Positions 19,371 to 29,910 of a DNA stretch of 64,000 nucleotides are shown here, one piece after another. The stretch spans positions 928,001 to 992,000 of the forward strand of contig JBMNJT010000002.1 in assembly GCA_050951805.1 (NCBI GenBank), read 5' to 3'. The notes under the pieces are model-generated. The model was not told the origin of the DNA. It did not search any database and saw nothing but the letters and a program-made list of their open reading frames with translations. Every line of letters starts with the position of its first letter. Position 1 is the first letter of the stretch. A program made the translations under genes and the position numbers. This DNA comes from Bacillota bacterium (lineage in GTDB: Bacteria; Bacillota; DTU025).

Positions 19371-21107
19371 ATGGGTGATGTTACTCTCACCATTGACGGA
19401 CGGCAAGTCACTGTCCCGGAAGGCACGAGCGTTCTCGAGGCCGCAGCACAGGCGGGCGTCAATATCCCCAGCCTCTGCTACCTCAAGGACATAAATGAGA
19501 TAGGTTCGTGCAGAGTGTGTGTAGTCGAAATAGAAGGGGCCAGAGCTCTGGCAGCGTCGTGTGTAACCCCTGCCGCCGACGGTATGGTAGTACATACCAA
19601 CACCAAACGCGTGCGGGAGGCGCGTCGCGCAGTGCTGGAGCTTATCATATCTAACCATCCTTTCGAGTGCCTCACGTGCGTCAGAAGCGGGTCCTGCGAG
19701 CTGCAGAGCCTTGCCGAGGCAACGGGCATTAGGGAGATAAGGTTTGAAGGCGCAAAATCGGAGCATCCCGTGGATGATACCACCCCATCGATAGTTCGGG
19801 ATCCAAGTAAGTGCATCCTGTGCCGAAGGTGCGTGTCGGTCTGCGAGAAAGTGCAGGGGGTGTCCGCTCTCGGACTTGCAGGGCGAGGATTCGACTCCGT
19901 GGTGAGCCCCGCCGGCCAGCTGCCGTTGAATGAGGCGGCATGTGCCCTCTGTGGGCAGTGTGTTCTTGTGTGTCCAACTGGAGCGCTGTCAGAAGTGGAC
20001 TCCACAGGCGCGGTCTGGGAAGCGCTGGGAGATCCGAAGAAGCATGTGGTGGTGCAGACTGCGCCAGCTATTAGAGTCGCGTTGGGTGAGGAGTTCGGAG
20101 CGGCTCCGGGCTCGATAGTTACTGGGCAAATGGTTGCGGCACTGCGCGCCCTCGGCTTCGACAAGGTGTTTGACACCAACTTCACGGCCGACCTCACGAT
20201 ACTTGAGGAAGGCAACGAGCTGTTGCACAGGCTTTCGGAAGGCGGCAAGCTGCCGATGATCACATCGTGCAGTCCGGGATGGATAAAGTTCATAGAGCAT
20301 TTCTACCCCGACATGCTTGACCACCTGTCTACATGCAAGTCGCCACAGCAGATGTTCGGAGCGCTAGCGAAAACCTACTATGCTGAAAAGGCTGGCATAG
20401 ACCCGAAAGACATGTTCGTGGTGTCGATAATGCCTTGCACGGCAAAGAAGTTTGAGTGCACAAGGCCTGAAATGAGGTCGTCGGGATACCAGGATGTCGA
20501 CGCAGTACTTACCACAAGGGAACTGGCGCGCATGCTGCGCGAGATAGGCGTAGACCCGATGGAGTTGGAACCTGAAGAATACGACGCTCCGCTGGGAATC
20601 GGAACAGGAGCTGCCGTGATCTTCGGAGCCACCGGAGGGGTCATGGAGGCTGCTCTGAGAACCGTATACGAAGTGGTGACAGAGAAGGAACTCGAGTCTG
20701 TCGATTTCACCGATGTCAGAGGCTTTGAGGGCATAAAGGAAGCCGAAGTCGATCTCGATGGCACAGTGGTACGCGTCGCGGTCGCTCATGGCCTTGGCAA
20801 TGCTCGAAAGCTTCTGGACAGGGTTAAATCGGGCGAGGCGTCGTACGAGTTCATCGAGATCATGGCATGCCCAGGAGGGTGCATCGGCGGCGGCGGACAG
20901 CCTATTGGAACAAATACCGAGAGGCGTCTCGAGAGGATCGATGGAATATATGAGGCAGACCGTGAGTTGCCGCTCAGGAAGTCTCATGAGAATCCGGCAG
21001 TGAAGGCCTTGTACGAGGAGTTCCTTGGAGAGCCGTTGGGAGAGAAGTCCCACGAGCTGCTGCATACCCACTATACGCCGCGTGGCAGATGGCACTGGGC
21101 TGAGTAG
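19371..21107 (+). CDS. hydA: Group A [FeFe]-hydrogenase catalytic subunit
   Basis: TSCSPGW, MPCTAKKFE, EIMACPGGCIGGGGQP; N-terminal 2Fe-2S, His-ligated and 2x4Fe-4S motifs. Confidence 0.95.
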   Translation: MGDVTLTIDGRQVTVPEGTSVLEAAAQAGVNIPSLCYLKDINEIGSCRVCVVEIEGARALAASCVTPAADGMVVHTNTKRVREARRAVLELIISNHPFECLTCVRSGSCELQSLAEATGIREIRFEGAKSEHPVDDTTPSIVRDPSKCILCRRCVSVCEKVQGVSALGLAGRGFDSVVSPAGQLPLNEAACALCGQCVLVCPTGALSEVDSTGAVWEALGDPKKHVVVQTAPAIRVALGEEFGAAPGSIVTGQMVAALRALGFDKVFDTNFTADLTILEEGNELLHRLSEGGKLPMITSCSPGWIKFIEHFYPDMLDHLSTCKSPQQMFGALAKTYYAEKAGIDPKDMFVVSIMPCTAKKFECTRPEMRSSGYQDVDAVLTTRELARMLREIGVDPMELEPEEYDAPLGIGTGAAVIFGATGGVMEAALRTVYEVVTEKELESVDFTDVRGFEGIKEAEVDLDGTVVRVAVAHGLGNARKLLDRVKSGEASYEFIEIMACPGGCIGGGGQPIGTNTERRLERIDGIYEADRELPLRKSHENPAVKALYEEFLGEPLGEKSHELLHTHYTPRGRWHWAE

Positions 21108-21191
21108 ACAGGACACGGTAGGTGCAATGAGGGTCTTGACCCGCGTTGCGCTTGAGAAATCCGATGAAAAATAGGCGACAAACGTACGCAT

Positions 21192-21227
21192 GGGGGCACG
21201 CCAGTTGACGTGCCCCCTCTTAGTTTT
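21192..21227 (+). terminator. Terminator of the hyd operon
   Basis: GGGGGCACG/CGTGCCCCC stem followed by TCTTAGTTTT. Confidence 0.7.
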
Positions 21228-21326
21228 GCTTGACAGGTGAACAAAGACTTCCCCGCAGCTCGCCTTATGCAGATTCAGACCCATAATAGTGGGTTGTCTG
21301 GGGTCGGGGATTGGGCTTTCATCTGA

Positions 21327-22255
21327 GTGTTTCCAAGCTTCTTTTCCAGGTGTACATCGAAATGTGAAGCCGAAGTTGTGTTTGGAAAAGTCGGCACATT
21401 TACGAATCTGGGCTTTGCCCACACTGAAGAAAAAACAAGGTTGGATGGATATTTACAATTAATGAGGGAACAAGAAACCTGCGGGAAGACCAATGAAGCC
21501 AAGAAATTAGGGATTTCGCTTTCTTGCGTCCTTTCTCCAAACAAGGTATACAAGGCATACTACCGCACAGACATGGGGCAAATCTCAAAGCGCTTCATTG
21601 GCGCAAGTGCAAGCTACTCACTCCCAAACTCCCAAAAAATACTTGCAGATCTGTCCCTTGAACGTGCTGCAACAGGTAAGGCGCCTATCTATCGCATCGA
21701 CATTGGCTATTCGGCTTGTTTTGACATTCCAGTCTCAATTAAGAGAGACAAAGAGGTAGTCAAAGGAGTCGTCCGGAGATCTGAGGATCATGGTTATCTT
21801 GGGATTCCGAATGTGCTGGTCAGAATGGATGGAATGTTTGTATTGAGTGGCGTAGCGCCGGGCGTACACTATATAGATATAGGTTGGTTATCGACTTGGC
21901 ACAGAGCGGATCTATTGCAGGAACAGTGACTCGCCTCGGCCCTGAAGAAGAGATTGTGCTTCTCCCTGGCGGGCATGAGAAGGTTATTGGAGAACGAGTC
22001 GGGATCTATGGCGTGATAATCGAGCTTCGCGGCGAGCTCGAAACGCTGAGGAGCAAGACTGGGCCGCAAGGAGAATTCCGATTTACGGCATTGAGGCCTG
22101 GGACATGGGTTATTTCAATCCCTCAGTTTGGGGACGATGTCGAACGTATCGTTGTAACGCTTGAACCGGGAGAAGAGGCCATAGTCAATATCGTTATCCC
22201 TCCTAAACTGCGAGAAGCAACACTTCTGGAGAATATTGAGATTCCAGTGCAGTGA
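21327..22255 (+). pseudogene. Fragmented C-terminal remnant of a surface/envelope protein with carboxypeptidase-regulatory-like (prealbumin-fold) repeats
   Basis: Two overlapping frames; VKGVVRR..GIPNVLVRMDG..SGVAPGVHYIDI and GSIAGTV..TGPQGEFRFTALRPGTWVISI; no credible start. Confidence 0.55.
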
Positions 22256-22529
22256 TACAACTCGATCTTTGAGGCTGTGCATGCTTCTGTGGTTGCCATG
22301 TGGGCAGGCATAGCAGATTATGAGCCCCTTTTTGCGTGTCTTGCCGTTGCTAATGCTCTGATGCACGCAATTGATGGGAATGTACAAGCTTGCCGTCTGG
22401 GGATCCTCCAGGAATATGCGGTTGCCGGCTTGAACTTGCGAATGAATATGGGTCATACTAAGAATCAGTGGGAATTGCTTTTTCTCCGGAGAATGCCTTG
22501 CGGTGCAAGAACACAGGGGGGTTCGATCA

Positions 22530-23822
22530 TTGGACGAATGGTTTTCCACGGATGTGTTGCCGAATGGGATAAACGTCTACGTAATGCAAACCTCTAAGTT
22601 TAAGAGCAACACAATTACCGCGGTGATTTACTCTGACCTGACTGAGGATACAGTCACTCTTAACGCTATTCTGCCAGAAGTGCTGAGCAGGGGCACGAGG
22701 CGCTGGCCAAGAACTGCCGAGTTCAGGCAGAGTCTTGACAGCCTGTATGGGACAGGCTTGTCTGCCGGTGTTAGTAAGAGGGGTGAGAAGCAGCTCCTTA
22801 TCTTTTCTGTTGATGTGGCGAATGACGCGTATTTGTCGGCAGATGAAGACCTGTTGCGCCAGGGAATCGGGATATTGCGAGACGTGGTTTTCGATCCGGT
22901 TCTGGAAGCTGAGGCATTTCGCGAGGATTATGTGGAACAGGAAAAGATCAATCTTAGGCGGCGAATCGAGAGCATAATAGATAACAAGATGGGTTATGCC
23001 TTCAAAAGATGCAACGAAGAGATGTTCAGAGGCGAACCGTATGCCCTGTACAGGCTGGGTCGGGTTGAGGATATTCCTGGCATTGATCCTGAAGGCCTTC
23101 GCTCTTGGCACAAAAAAGCGGTTGCGCAGCTCCCATTGGACATTTTTCTAGTGGGAGATGTGGCCCGCGAACGCGTGTTGGAACTGGTGGGAGAGGTTTT
23201 CGATATGGAGCGCAAACCTATGCCGCTTGAGGTGCCTGCCAGGGTTGGGCATCGAGTGCCTGTACAGCCGAGACAGGTTGTAGAGAGCATGGATGTGAAT
23301 CAAGGAAGCCTGGTCATTGGCTATTGGACTGGCGTCAACATGTCCGACCCCGACTATCCAGCGATTTTGATGGCCAATGGCATCTACGGAGGGTATGCGC
23401 ACTCGAAACTCTTTCAGAATGTCCGCGAAGGTGAAAGCTTGGCCTACTCCGTCTATTCTGGGATTGATCAGAATAAGGGCGTCATGAATGTTTGGGCGGG
23501 GATAGCGCCTGAAGCCATGGATAAGGCGGTCGAGATAATCGAGGAGCAGTTAGATGATGTGAGGTCTGGCAGGATCTCCGATGACGAAATGGACAAGACT
23601 CGCAGGGCAATTACGAGAGACATACGCATGATGGGGGACAGTCCGGGCGCTCAGATTGATTACGCCATCGTCTCCAGGATAAACGGCGTTGGGGAGAAAC
23701 CTGACGAGCTATTGCGGCGCATAGAAGCAGTCTCTATGGATGACATAGTCCGTGTTGCGAGCAAAATAGAGCTTGACACAATCTACTTCCTGCGCAATGA
23801 GGAGGACGAGGCTGGTGCGTAG
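22530..23822 (+). CDS. ymfF: M16 peptidase-like protein, non-catalytic (YmfF-type)
   Basis: TSKFKSNTI, SKLFQNVREGESLAYSV, IELDTIYFL; no HXXEH. Confidence 0.8.
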   Translation: MDEWFSTDVLPNGINVYVMQTSKFKSNTITAVIYSDLTEDTVTLNAILPEVLSRGTRRWPRTAEFRQSLDSLYGTGLSAGVSKRGEKQLLIFSVDVANDAYLSADEDLLRQGIGILRDVVFDPVLEAEAFREDYVEQEKINLRRRIESIIDNKMGYAFKRCNEEMFRGEPYALYRLGRVEDIPGIDPEGLRSWHKKAVAQLPLDIFLVGDVARERVLELVGEVFDMERKPMPLEVPARVGHRVPVQPRQVVESMDVNQGSLVIGYWTGVNMSDPDYPAILMANGIYGGYAHSKLFQNVREGESLAYSVYSGIDQNKGVMNVWAGIAPEAMDKAVEIIEEQLDDVRSGRISDDEMDKTRRAITRDIRMMGDSPGAQIDYAIVSRINGVGEKPDELLRRIEAVSMDDIVRVASKIELDTIYFLRNEEDEAGA

Positions 23823-23823
23823 T

Positions 23824-25110
23824 ATGGAAATTGCAAGGTCGGAACTGCTCCGGGAGGAAGTATCCACTACCCGTCTCGACTGCGGCCTGGAAGTGTGCGT
23901 CCAGCGGAAGGCGGGGTACGCAAAGAAGTACGCCCTTATTGGCACGAGATATGGATCGCTCGACACCAAGTTCCGCAGGATCGATACGGGAGAAACTGTG
24001 GATGTCCCTGACGGATTAGCCCATTTTCTCGAGCACAAGCTTTTTGCGGAGGAGTCAGGATCGATTGATGACGTCTTTGCGGAGCTGGGTGCCTACTCAA
24101 ACGCTTTCACAGACTATACAATGACTGCCTACTTATTTTCCTGTGTCGACAATTTCGGGCCTTGTCTCGATACCCTCCTGGATTTTGTGATGAGGCCTCA
24201 TTTCACTGAGGAGAATGTGGAGAATGAGAAAGGCATAATTGAGCAGGAGATCAAGAGGGATGAAGACTCCCCCGCCTGGCAGGCGATGTACGGAATGCTG
24301 AAAGGCATGTATCAGCGTTTCCCTGTCCGCTTGGAGGTTGCGGGGACAGTCGATTCAATACGCTCTATCGACGTGGACATTCTGACAAGGTGTTACAATA
24401 CGTTCTATCATCCGTCCAACATGACATTGCTTGTTGTCGGCGACGTTGATCCGAACGAGGTGGCTGACCGCGCCTCGGCGCATCTGGATGATAAGCTTCA
24501 CGGGCCAGTGCCAGCAGTAGAACGTCTGTATCCGCATGAACCGCGAGAAGTTGGGATGAAACGTGTGGAGCGCAGAATGCCGGTGTCGGAGCCATTGGTC
24601 TGTTTTGGATTCAAGGATAACGATGTGGGGTATGAAGGCGCTCAACTTCTGCGCAAAACTGTGTGCATGGAAATGTTGCTTTACACTTTGATAGGGCGCA
24701 GCTCCGCACTGTACAACGAACTTTACGAAGCAGGGTTGCTCGACCACACGTTCGACTGGAATTTCGATTGCGAAAAGGACTACAGTTTTGTGATATTCGA
24801 GGGGAAGAGCAATTCTCCGGATGCTCTGGTGGACCGCGTTTGTAAGGGGATAAATGACTCCATTGCGGCAGGCATCGACAGAGAGCTGTTTGAGCGCGCT
24901 CGCCGGAGTTTCATAGGCTCTGCGCTCAGAGCATTCAACTCTTTGGAGTTCATAGCCTACAACTTTCTTGCTTACCACTTCAGAAAGATGAGATTGCTTG
25001 ACAGAGTTGGGGTTGCTGAGAGCATTTCCCTGGACGAAGTGATGGATCTCGGCAAGCAGCTGTTCGATCCCGAGATGCTTGTAGTATCCGTGGTGAATCC
25101 CATGCAATAG
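23824..25110 (+). CDS. ymfH: M16 zinc peptidase (YmfH-type)
   Basis: DGLAHFLEHKLF, NAFT, EKGIIEQEI, YNTFYHPSNM. Confidence 0.85.
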   Translation: MEIARSELLREEVSTTRLDCGLEVCVQRKAGYAKKYALIGTRYGSLDTKFRRIDTGETVDVPDGLAHFLEHKLFAEESGSIDDVFAELGAYSNAFTDYTMTAYLFSCVDNFGPCLDTLLDFVMRPHFTEENVENEKGIIEQEIKRDEDSPAWQAMYGMLKGMYQRFPVRLEVAGTVDSIRSIDVDILTRCYNTFYHPSNMTLLVVGDVDPNEVADRASAHLDDKLHGPVPAVERLYPHEPREVGMKRVERRMPVSEPLVCFGFKDNDVGYEGAQLLRKTVCMEMLLYTLIGRSSALYNELYEAGLLDHTFDWNFDCEKDYSFVIFEGKSNSPDALVDRVCKGINDSIAAGIDRELFERARRSFIGSALRAFNSLEFIAYNFLAYHFRKMRLLDRVGVAESISLDEVMDLGKQLFDPEMLVVSVVNPMQ

Positions 25111-25136
25111 AGTTTCTGGCAATGAGGGGGACAAAC

Positions 25137-25805
25137 ATGACGAAACTGCTTTTGATCAGACACGGAGAGACTATGTTCAATCGCGCAAGGCGATTGCAGG
25201 GATGCAAGGATGTTCCCCTCTCAGATCTCGGGACCCGGCAGGCGGACGCCTGTGCTAACTACATAGCTTCCTTAAATCGCGGCACGATTACAGCTCTATA
25301 CTCGAGTCCTCTTGCCAGGGCGTACATGACTGCTAGCGCCATTGGCAAGGCGGTCGGCTTAGATGTGGTGACCGACGATCGACTCAAAGAAATCGATGTT
25401 GGCGCCCTCGAAGGAATGACCTGGGACGAGGTGCAGCTGGCTTACCCGGATTTCATGGTCGAACATAGAACTGATCCCATTGGGACCAGGTATCCTGGAG
25501 GGGAAAGCGTCGCGGATGTCTCGGCGCGAGCACGCGATCTTGCCGACGGATTTGTCTGCGATCATGGCGATGAGACAATCGTCGTCGTTGGACATGCTAT
25601 TGTTCTGAAAGCTCTGATTTGCCGCGTGCTCAATCTGGATGTTGCGAATCACTTGCGGCTCACAGTGGGCAATGCGTCTTTGAGCATTGCAAGTGTTTCT
25701 CGGGTGGATGACGACGTAAAGGGTAAGGTTTTACTGCTCAACGATAGGCACTTCCTCGAAGCATTAGGACTTGACGCGCCGCGGAAAGAGGGGCATGAGG
25801 AATGA
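25137..25805 (+). CDS. Histidine phosphatase (phosphoglycerate mutase-like)
   Basis: LIRHGET, YSSPLARA, LKEIDVG, PGGES, LNDRHFL. Confidence 0.88.
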   Translation: MTKLLLIRHGETMFNRARRLQGCKDVPLSDLGTRQADACANYIASLNRGTITALYSSPLARAYMTASAIGKAVGLDVVTDDRLKEIDVGALEGMTWDEVQLAYPDFMVEHRTDPIGTRYPGGESVADVSARARDLADGFVCDHGDETIVVVGHAIVLKALICRVLNLDVANHLRLTVGNASLSIASVSRVDDDVKGKVLLLNDRHFLEALGLDAPRKEGHEE

Positions 25806-26384
25806 AGGCTGTGTTATGAAAACTGTGTGTCCCTTGGTCGATACCTGTGGACTTATGGCAATGGTGTCGGAGGGTCGTGTAGTCAGAATAAAAGGAGATC
25901 CCGGCCACTCAATTATGCGTGAGTTCATAGACAAGAACTCCGCCGTGACAAAATATCCACATGCTTCCGCTTATCCGGGAGGCGTGATGATTGGGCCAAG
26001 GTTGTGCTCATTTACGGAATCGTCGTGCGGCTCAGCGTGGGGACGGATGGAACGTTGGCGCTCGTCATGGCTGCCGTCATCACCAAGGACGGTTTTGTTA
26101 ATCATCCATAGCAGTGTTCGTGGGTTTGATTGATTTGCGGTGCGGATCCGTTGCGACGGAGATATGCTGCGCTTCGCTATGCATTAGGGCGAGGTGCTTT
26201 TTCGGCTAGGCTCGACAGTCGATCCAGACCCGATGTGGTCTTGGCTTACAACGGCGAGCCTGTCAGGTGTGGGGGAGGGGTCAGCTTTCTCATAGGAGAA
26301 CACGTGGGCGATATCGGGCTTCAGGCCGCATTTTACGATTGCGCCTTCAGTGTTGAGGAAGCACAAGAATCAGCAGAGAAGTGA
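25795..26384 (+). pseudogene. Internally deleted molybdopterin oxidoreductase pseudogene
   Basis: N-terminal relic KTVCPL-DTCGLMAMVSEGRVVRIKGDPGH; C-terminal relic PDVVLAY..GGGVSFL..DIGLQAAFYDC in another frame; only about 590 bp. Confidence 0.6.
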
Positions 26385-26424
26385 AAGTGCAAAACTGAGA
26401 ATCCACGGGCAGGTGATGTTTTCA

Positions 26425-27585
26425 ATGTGTGGCGTTTCAGAAGCAAGTAGGCCTAGGGCCAGGGAGATAGGGATACACACGGGCATCTTTTCGCCCGGAG
26501 AGTTTAATGCCATTACAGATGTGGATGGGGTCATGGTTGGCCATTGCACTGTAGTGCACGGCGAGGGCGAGCTTGTTCCCGGGAAGGGTCCTGCCAGAAC
26601 AGGAGTGACGGCAATTCGTCCCCATGGGGGCAATGTTTTCCGTGAGAAGGCGCCTGCGGCAGCCTATGTTTTCAATGGCTATGGCAAGTCCGTAGGCATT
26701 CACCAAATTAACGAGACAGGTGTGCTGGAAACGCCTATATTGCTCACGAATACTCTGAACGTAGGTCTTGTCGCCGATGCATTGATTGAATGGTCTGTTG
26801 AGCGAAATGGTGATATCGGCATCTCAACGAGTACTGTCAACCCCGTGGTTGGGGAGGTGAATGACGGCTACTTGAACGATATTCAGGGAAGGCATGTCCG
26901 GAAGGAACATGTGTACGACGCCCTTGAATCTGCGAAGACTGGGCTGGTCGAAGAGGGAGCTGTGGGCGCAGGCACAGGAAGCAGTTGCATGGGGTGGAAA
27001 GGCGGAATTGGCACGGCGTCCAGAGTCGTCCCGAACAGCCTGGGCGGATACACCATCGGAGTGTTGGTCCAGTCCAACTTCGGCGGAGTCCTTACGGTAA
27101 ACGGAGCGCCTGTCGGGCGGGAGCTCGGACATTATACCTATCAGGAGCATTTCGACAATGGCTCTCGGGAACAACTTGATGATGGCTCTGTTATGGTGGT
27201 TGTAGCTTCTGATGCCCCATTGGACCAGCGGCAGCTGAGGCGACTGGCGGCAAGGGCCAGCCTCGGCCTTGCCCGAACAGGGTTCTATGGAAGCAATGGG
27301 TCAGGCGATTTCTTCATAGCCTTCTCAACAGCCTTCCGTGTTCCACATTCAGAGCCTGCAACGCTCAGTGCAGAGGTCGTCGCGGGCGATGCGATATCCG
27401 CACTCTTTTTTGCAGTGGTTGAGGCGACTGAAGAGGCTGTTCTCAACTCGATGTTCAAGGCCAGAACAGTGGTAGGGCGCGACGGACATGTTGTTGAAGC
27501 CATAGACATAGGTGATCTTCTCGGTGTCATGCGCAGATACAACTCGCTAGATTGGGATAAGTCACTGCCGCCATATATCTCTTAA
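26425..27585 (+). CDS. P1/S58 aminopeptidase (DmpA-like)
   Basis: NAITDVDGVMVGH, NGYGK, EEGAVGAGTG, KGGIGTASR, DGS cleavage site, NGSGD. Confidence 0.9.
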   Translation: MCGVSEASRPRAREIGIHTGIFSPGEFNAITDVDGVMVGHCTVVHGEGELVPGKGPARTGVTAIRPHGGNVFREKAPAAAYVFNGYGKSVGIHQINETGVLETPILLTNTLNVGLVADALIEWSVERNGDIGISTSTVNPVVGEVNDGYLNDIQGRHVRKEHVYDALESAKTGLVEEGAVGAGTGSSCMGWKGGIGTASRVVPNSLGGYTIGVLVQSNFGGVLTVNGAPVGRELGHYTYQEHFDNGSREQLDDGSVMVVVASDAPLDQRQLRRLAARASLGLARTGFYGSNGSGDFFIAFSTAFRVPHSEPATLSAEVVAGDAISALFFAVVEATEEAVLNSMFKARTVVGRDGHVVEAIDIGDLLGVMRRYNSLDWDKSLPPYIS

Positions 27586-28310
27586 CGCATGCGTTAAGAC
27601 GGGAAACGTCATGGGAAGTTGAAAAAGAGGAGCTTACGGGCGAAAGCGGCCTCTTCTTCTTTGTGCTCGCTATGGTCCAAAGAATCGCATGCAACTGATG
27701 TTGTCCTTACAGGCTAGGCCTTGCGGAGAGCACCCAAGTACTATGACAAATCGGCTTATGTTCTTTAGCATTGTTACTATGGTGTTGGCAGCCAAGGCAG
27801 GTTCATACAAGATTGCATATGTCCGCATCAAAGTGATAGAATTGAAGAGGTGAAGTATACAGTTGTTCTCATTCCTCGGTTGCGTAGTGAATGGGGCCTT
27901 TTGCATGACCTTGCCATTGTCACATGTAGGCAGGCAAAAACGAGTTTGGGGGTAGGCTGGCCTATGGCCGTAACTGCCGCTGCTGACGCGAGGCGAAGAA
28001 AAATGAAATGGTTGATGCCCTGGACTGGTTTGAAAGTAAAAATGATTCCCATCTATCCCGTACAGAAGGCAATCGGTTTTCCTGGCCTAGGTAAACACGG
28101 GGATGTTGGGGCGTTAATCGCCAGTGCACAAGGGGTTACTGAGATGATCGAATGCCCGGACGCATGTGCAACCGAATTGAGGATGACTTGCAGGATTGTA
28201 CGCTATACGATACAGAGGCGTTCTGTCTGTGGCTGTGACCTTTCCTTGTCTGTTTGGCCCGCACTCGTTTGCGGGCTGTCTTTATTTCTGTGAGGATTTG
28301 TTGTTGGATC

Positions 28311-28348
28311 GAACTGCGTGAACATCGTGAACATATGGAATGATGAAC
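28311..28348 (+). repeat. GAAC-anchored 9-bp tandem repeats upstream of the kor operon
   Basis: GAACTGCGT GAACATCGT GAACATATG GAATGAT GAAC. Confidence 0.4.
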
Positions 28349-28517
28349 GCTGGCAGGCGATGTCCTGAACATGTTCTGCAGCTATATGCCGGATAGGGTA
28401 GAGCGCCCCTTGGCTGTTGGCAAAAGCTGTCGCAGAGGGCTGCTCGGCCGAGATCCCACATCCGAGTTGCAGACATTCGTTCTCGGCCAACTAACCAAAA
28501 GATGTGGAGGGGAGTCC

Positions 28518-28778
28518 ATGACTTCTGCGGAAAGCCCCGAGGTTCCAGTCCTCGTGAGGCAGGAATGGTGTAAGGGCTGTGGTATATGCATCGCCATGTG
28601 CCCAAAGAAAGTTCTTGAGGCAGCGGCAGACGGAAAAGTTGTTGTAGCAAGACCTGAAGATTGTATCAAGTGCGAAACCTGTGAGATTATGTGCCCTGAT
28701 TTTGCCATACGTGTGGTGGGCGGCAGATCCAAGGAAGTTGCACGGGGAAGGGAGGATGTTGCGGATGCCCGGGCATAA
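28518..28778 (+). CDS. korD: 2-oxoacid:ferredoxin oxidoreductase delta subunit (2x[4Fe-4S])
   Basis: CKGCGICIAMCP and CIKCETCEIMCPDFAI. Confidence 0.85.
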   Translation: MTSAESPEVPVLVRQEWCKGCGICIAMCPKKVLEAAADGKVVVARPEDCIKCETCEIMCPDFAIRVVGGRSKEVARGREDVADARA

Positions 28779-29907
28779 TGGCAGGGATCTTAGGCTATTG
28801 CAAGGCAATGAATGCTGCGCGGAAGCTGCGATTCTCGCAGGATGCAGGTTCTTTGCAGGCTATCCGATAACGCCGTCTACGGAGATTGCCGAGCTTCTCT
28901 CGGAAAAGCTCCCACAGGTCGGCGGGAAGTTCATACAGATGGAAGACGAAATAGCCAGCATGGCAGCGGTTATAGGGGCTTCACTCACTGGTGCCAAGTC
29001 AATGACGGCTACTTCTGGTCCCGGCTTTTCTCTGAAACAGGAGAATATCGGGTTTGCTTCATTCACCGAGGTTCCATGCGTAATAGTGAATGTTCAGCGC
29101 ACGGGACCGAGCACGGGCTTGCCTACTGCCCCGGCGCAAGCGGATCTGATGCAGGCGAGATGGGGAACGCACGGTGACCATCCCATAGTTGCCCTCTACC
29201 CATCCACTGTTCCTGAGGTATTTGACCTTACGATCAAGGCGTTCAACATAGCGGAGCGGCTCAGGGTACCGGTTATTCTTCTCATGGACGAAGTTGTGGG
29301 GCACATGAGGGAAAAAGTGGCGATTCCTCATCAGTCTGAGATCGAGATAGTTAGCAGGCCTCAGCCCGATGTTCCGCCTGAGGAATACTTGCCATATGCG
29401 GCAGGCCCTGACGGCGTGCCTCCTATGGCGCCATTTGGAACGGGATACAGGTGGCATGTTACGGGATTGTATCATGACGAGACCGGGTTTCCAACAACGG
29501 CAGCGCCGAAAGTTGACCGACTTATGAAGCGGCTTTACTCAAAGATAGAGTCTGCCGCGGATGAAATCACATTCACATCAGACGAGTTCCTGGACGATGC
29601 AGATACTGTTGTTGTTGCCTGTGGCATAACTGCTAGATCCGCTCGCCGAAGTGTAAGGCTTGCACGTGAAAAGGGGATTAGGGCAGGAATGGTTCAACTG
29701 AAGACGATTTGGCCGTTCCCATACGACCTCGTTGGCGATATCGCAGGCAGGGTTGACAGAATCATAGTGCCTGAGATGAACATGGGGCAATTAATCGGTG
29801 AAGTTGAGCGTGCAGCCAAGGGCAGGTGCGAGGTTGTGGGTTACTCCCGAGTTGACGGCGAACCCATAGCCCCAGCTGAAATAGTAGCCAAGATAGAGGA
29901 GGTGTGA
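28765..29907 (+). CDS. korA: 2-oxoacid:ferredoxin oxidoreductase alpha subunit
   Basis: AGYPITPSTE, QMEDEIAS, TATSGPG, QRTGPSTGLPT, RWGTHGDH. Confidence 0.9.
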   Translation: MPGHNGRDLRLLQGNECCAEAAILAGCRFFAGYPITPSTEIAELLSEKLPQVGGKFIQMEDEIASMAAVIGASLTGAKSMTATSGPGFSLKQENIGFASFTEVPCVIVNVQRTGPSTGLPTAPAQADLMQARWGTHGDHPIVALYPSTVPEVFDLTIKAFNIAERLRVPVILLMDEVVGHMREKVAIPHQSEIEIVSRPQPDVPPEEYLPYAAGPDGVPPMAPFGTGYRWHVTGLYHDETGFPTTAAPKVDRLMKRLYSKIESAADEITFTSDEFLDDADTVVVACGITARSARRSVRLAREKGIRAGMVQLKTIWPFPYDLVGDIAGRVDRIIVPEMNMGQLIGEVERAAKGRCEVVGYSRVDGEPIAPAEIVAKIEEV

Positions 29908-29910
29908 CTG

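Noticed and set aside
22432-22460. SigG-like promoter (GGTCATACTA) before ymfF
   Set aside because: The -35 match is poor and it fits SigA (TTGAAC-N18-CATACT) equally well
27850-28293. 147-aa plus-strand ORF
   Set aside because: No RBS or family motif and atypical composition
28358-28380. LexA box or sigma54 promoter before the kor operon
   Set aside because: GAAC-N2-GTTC has the wrong spacing for LexA (N4); the nearby TGGCAAAAGCTGTCGC is GG-N11-GC
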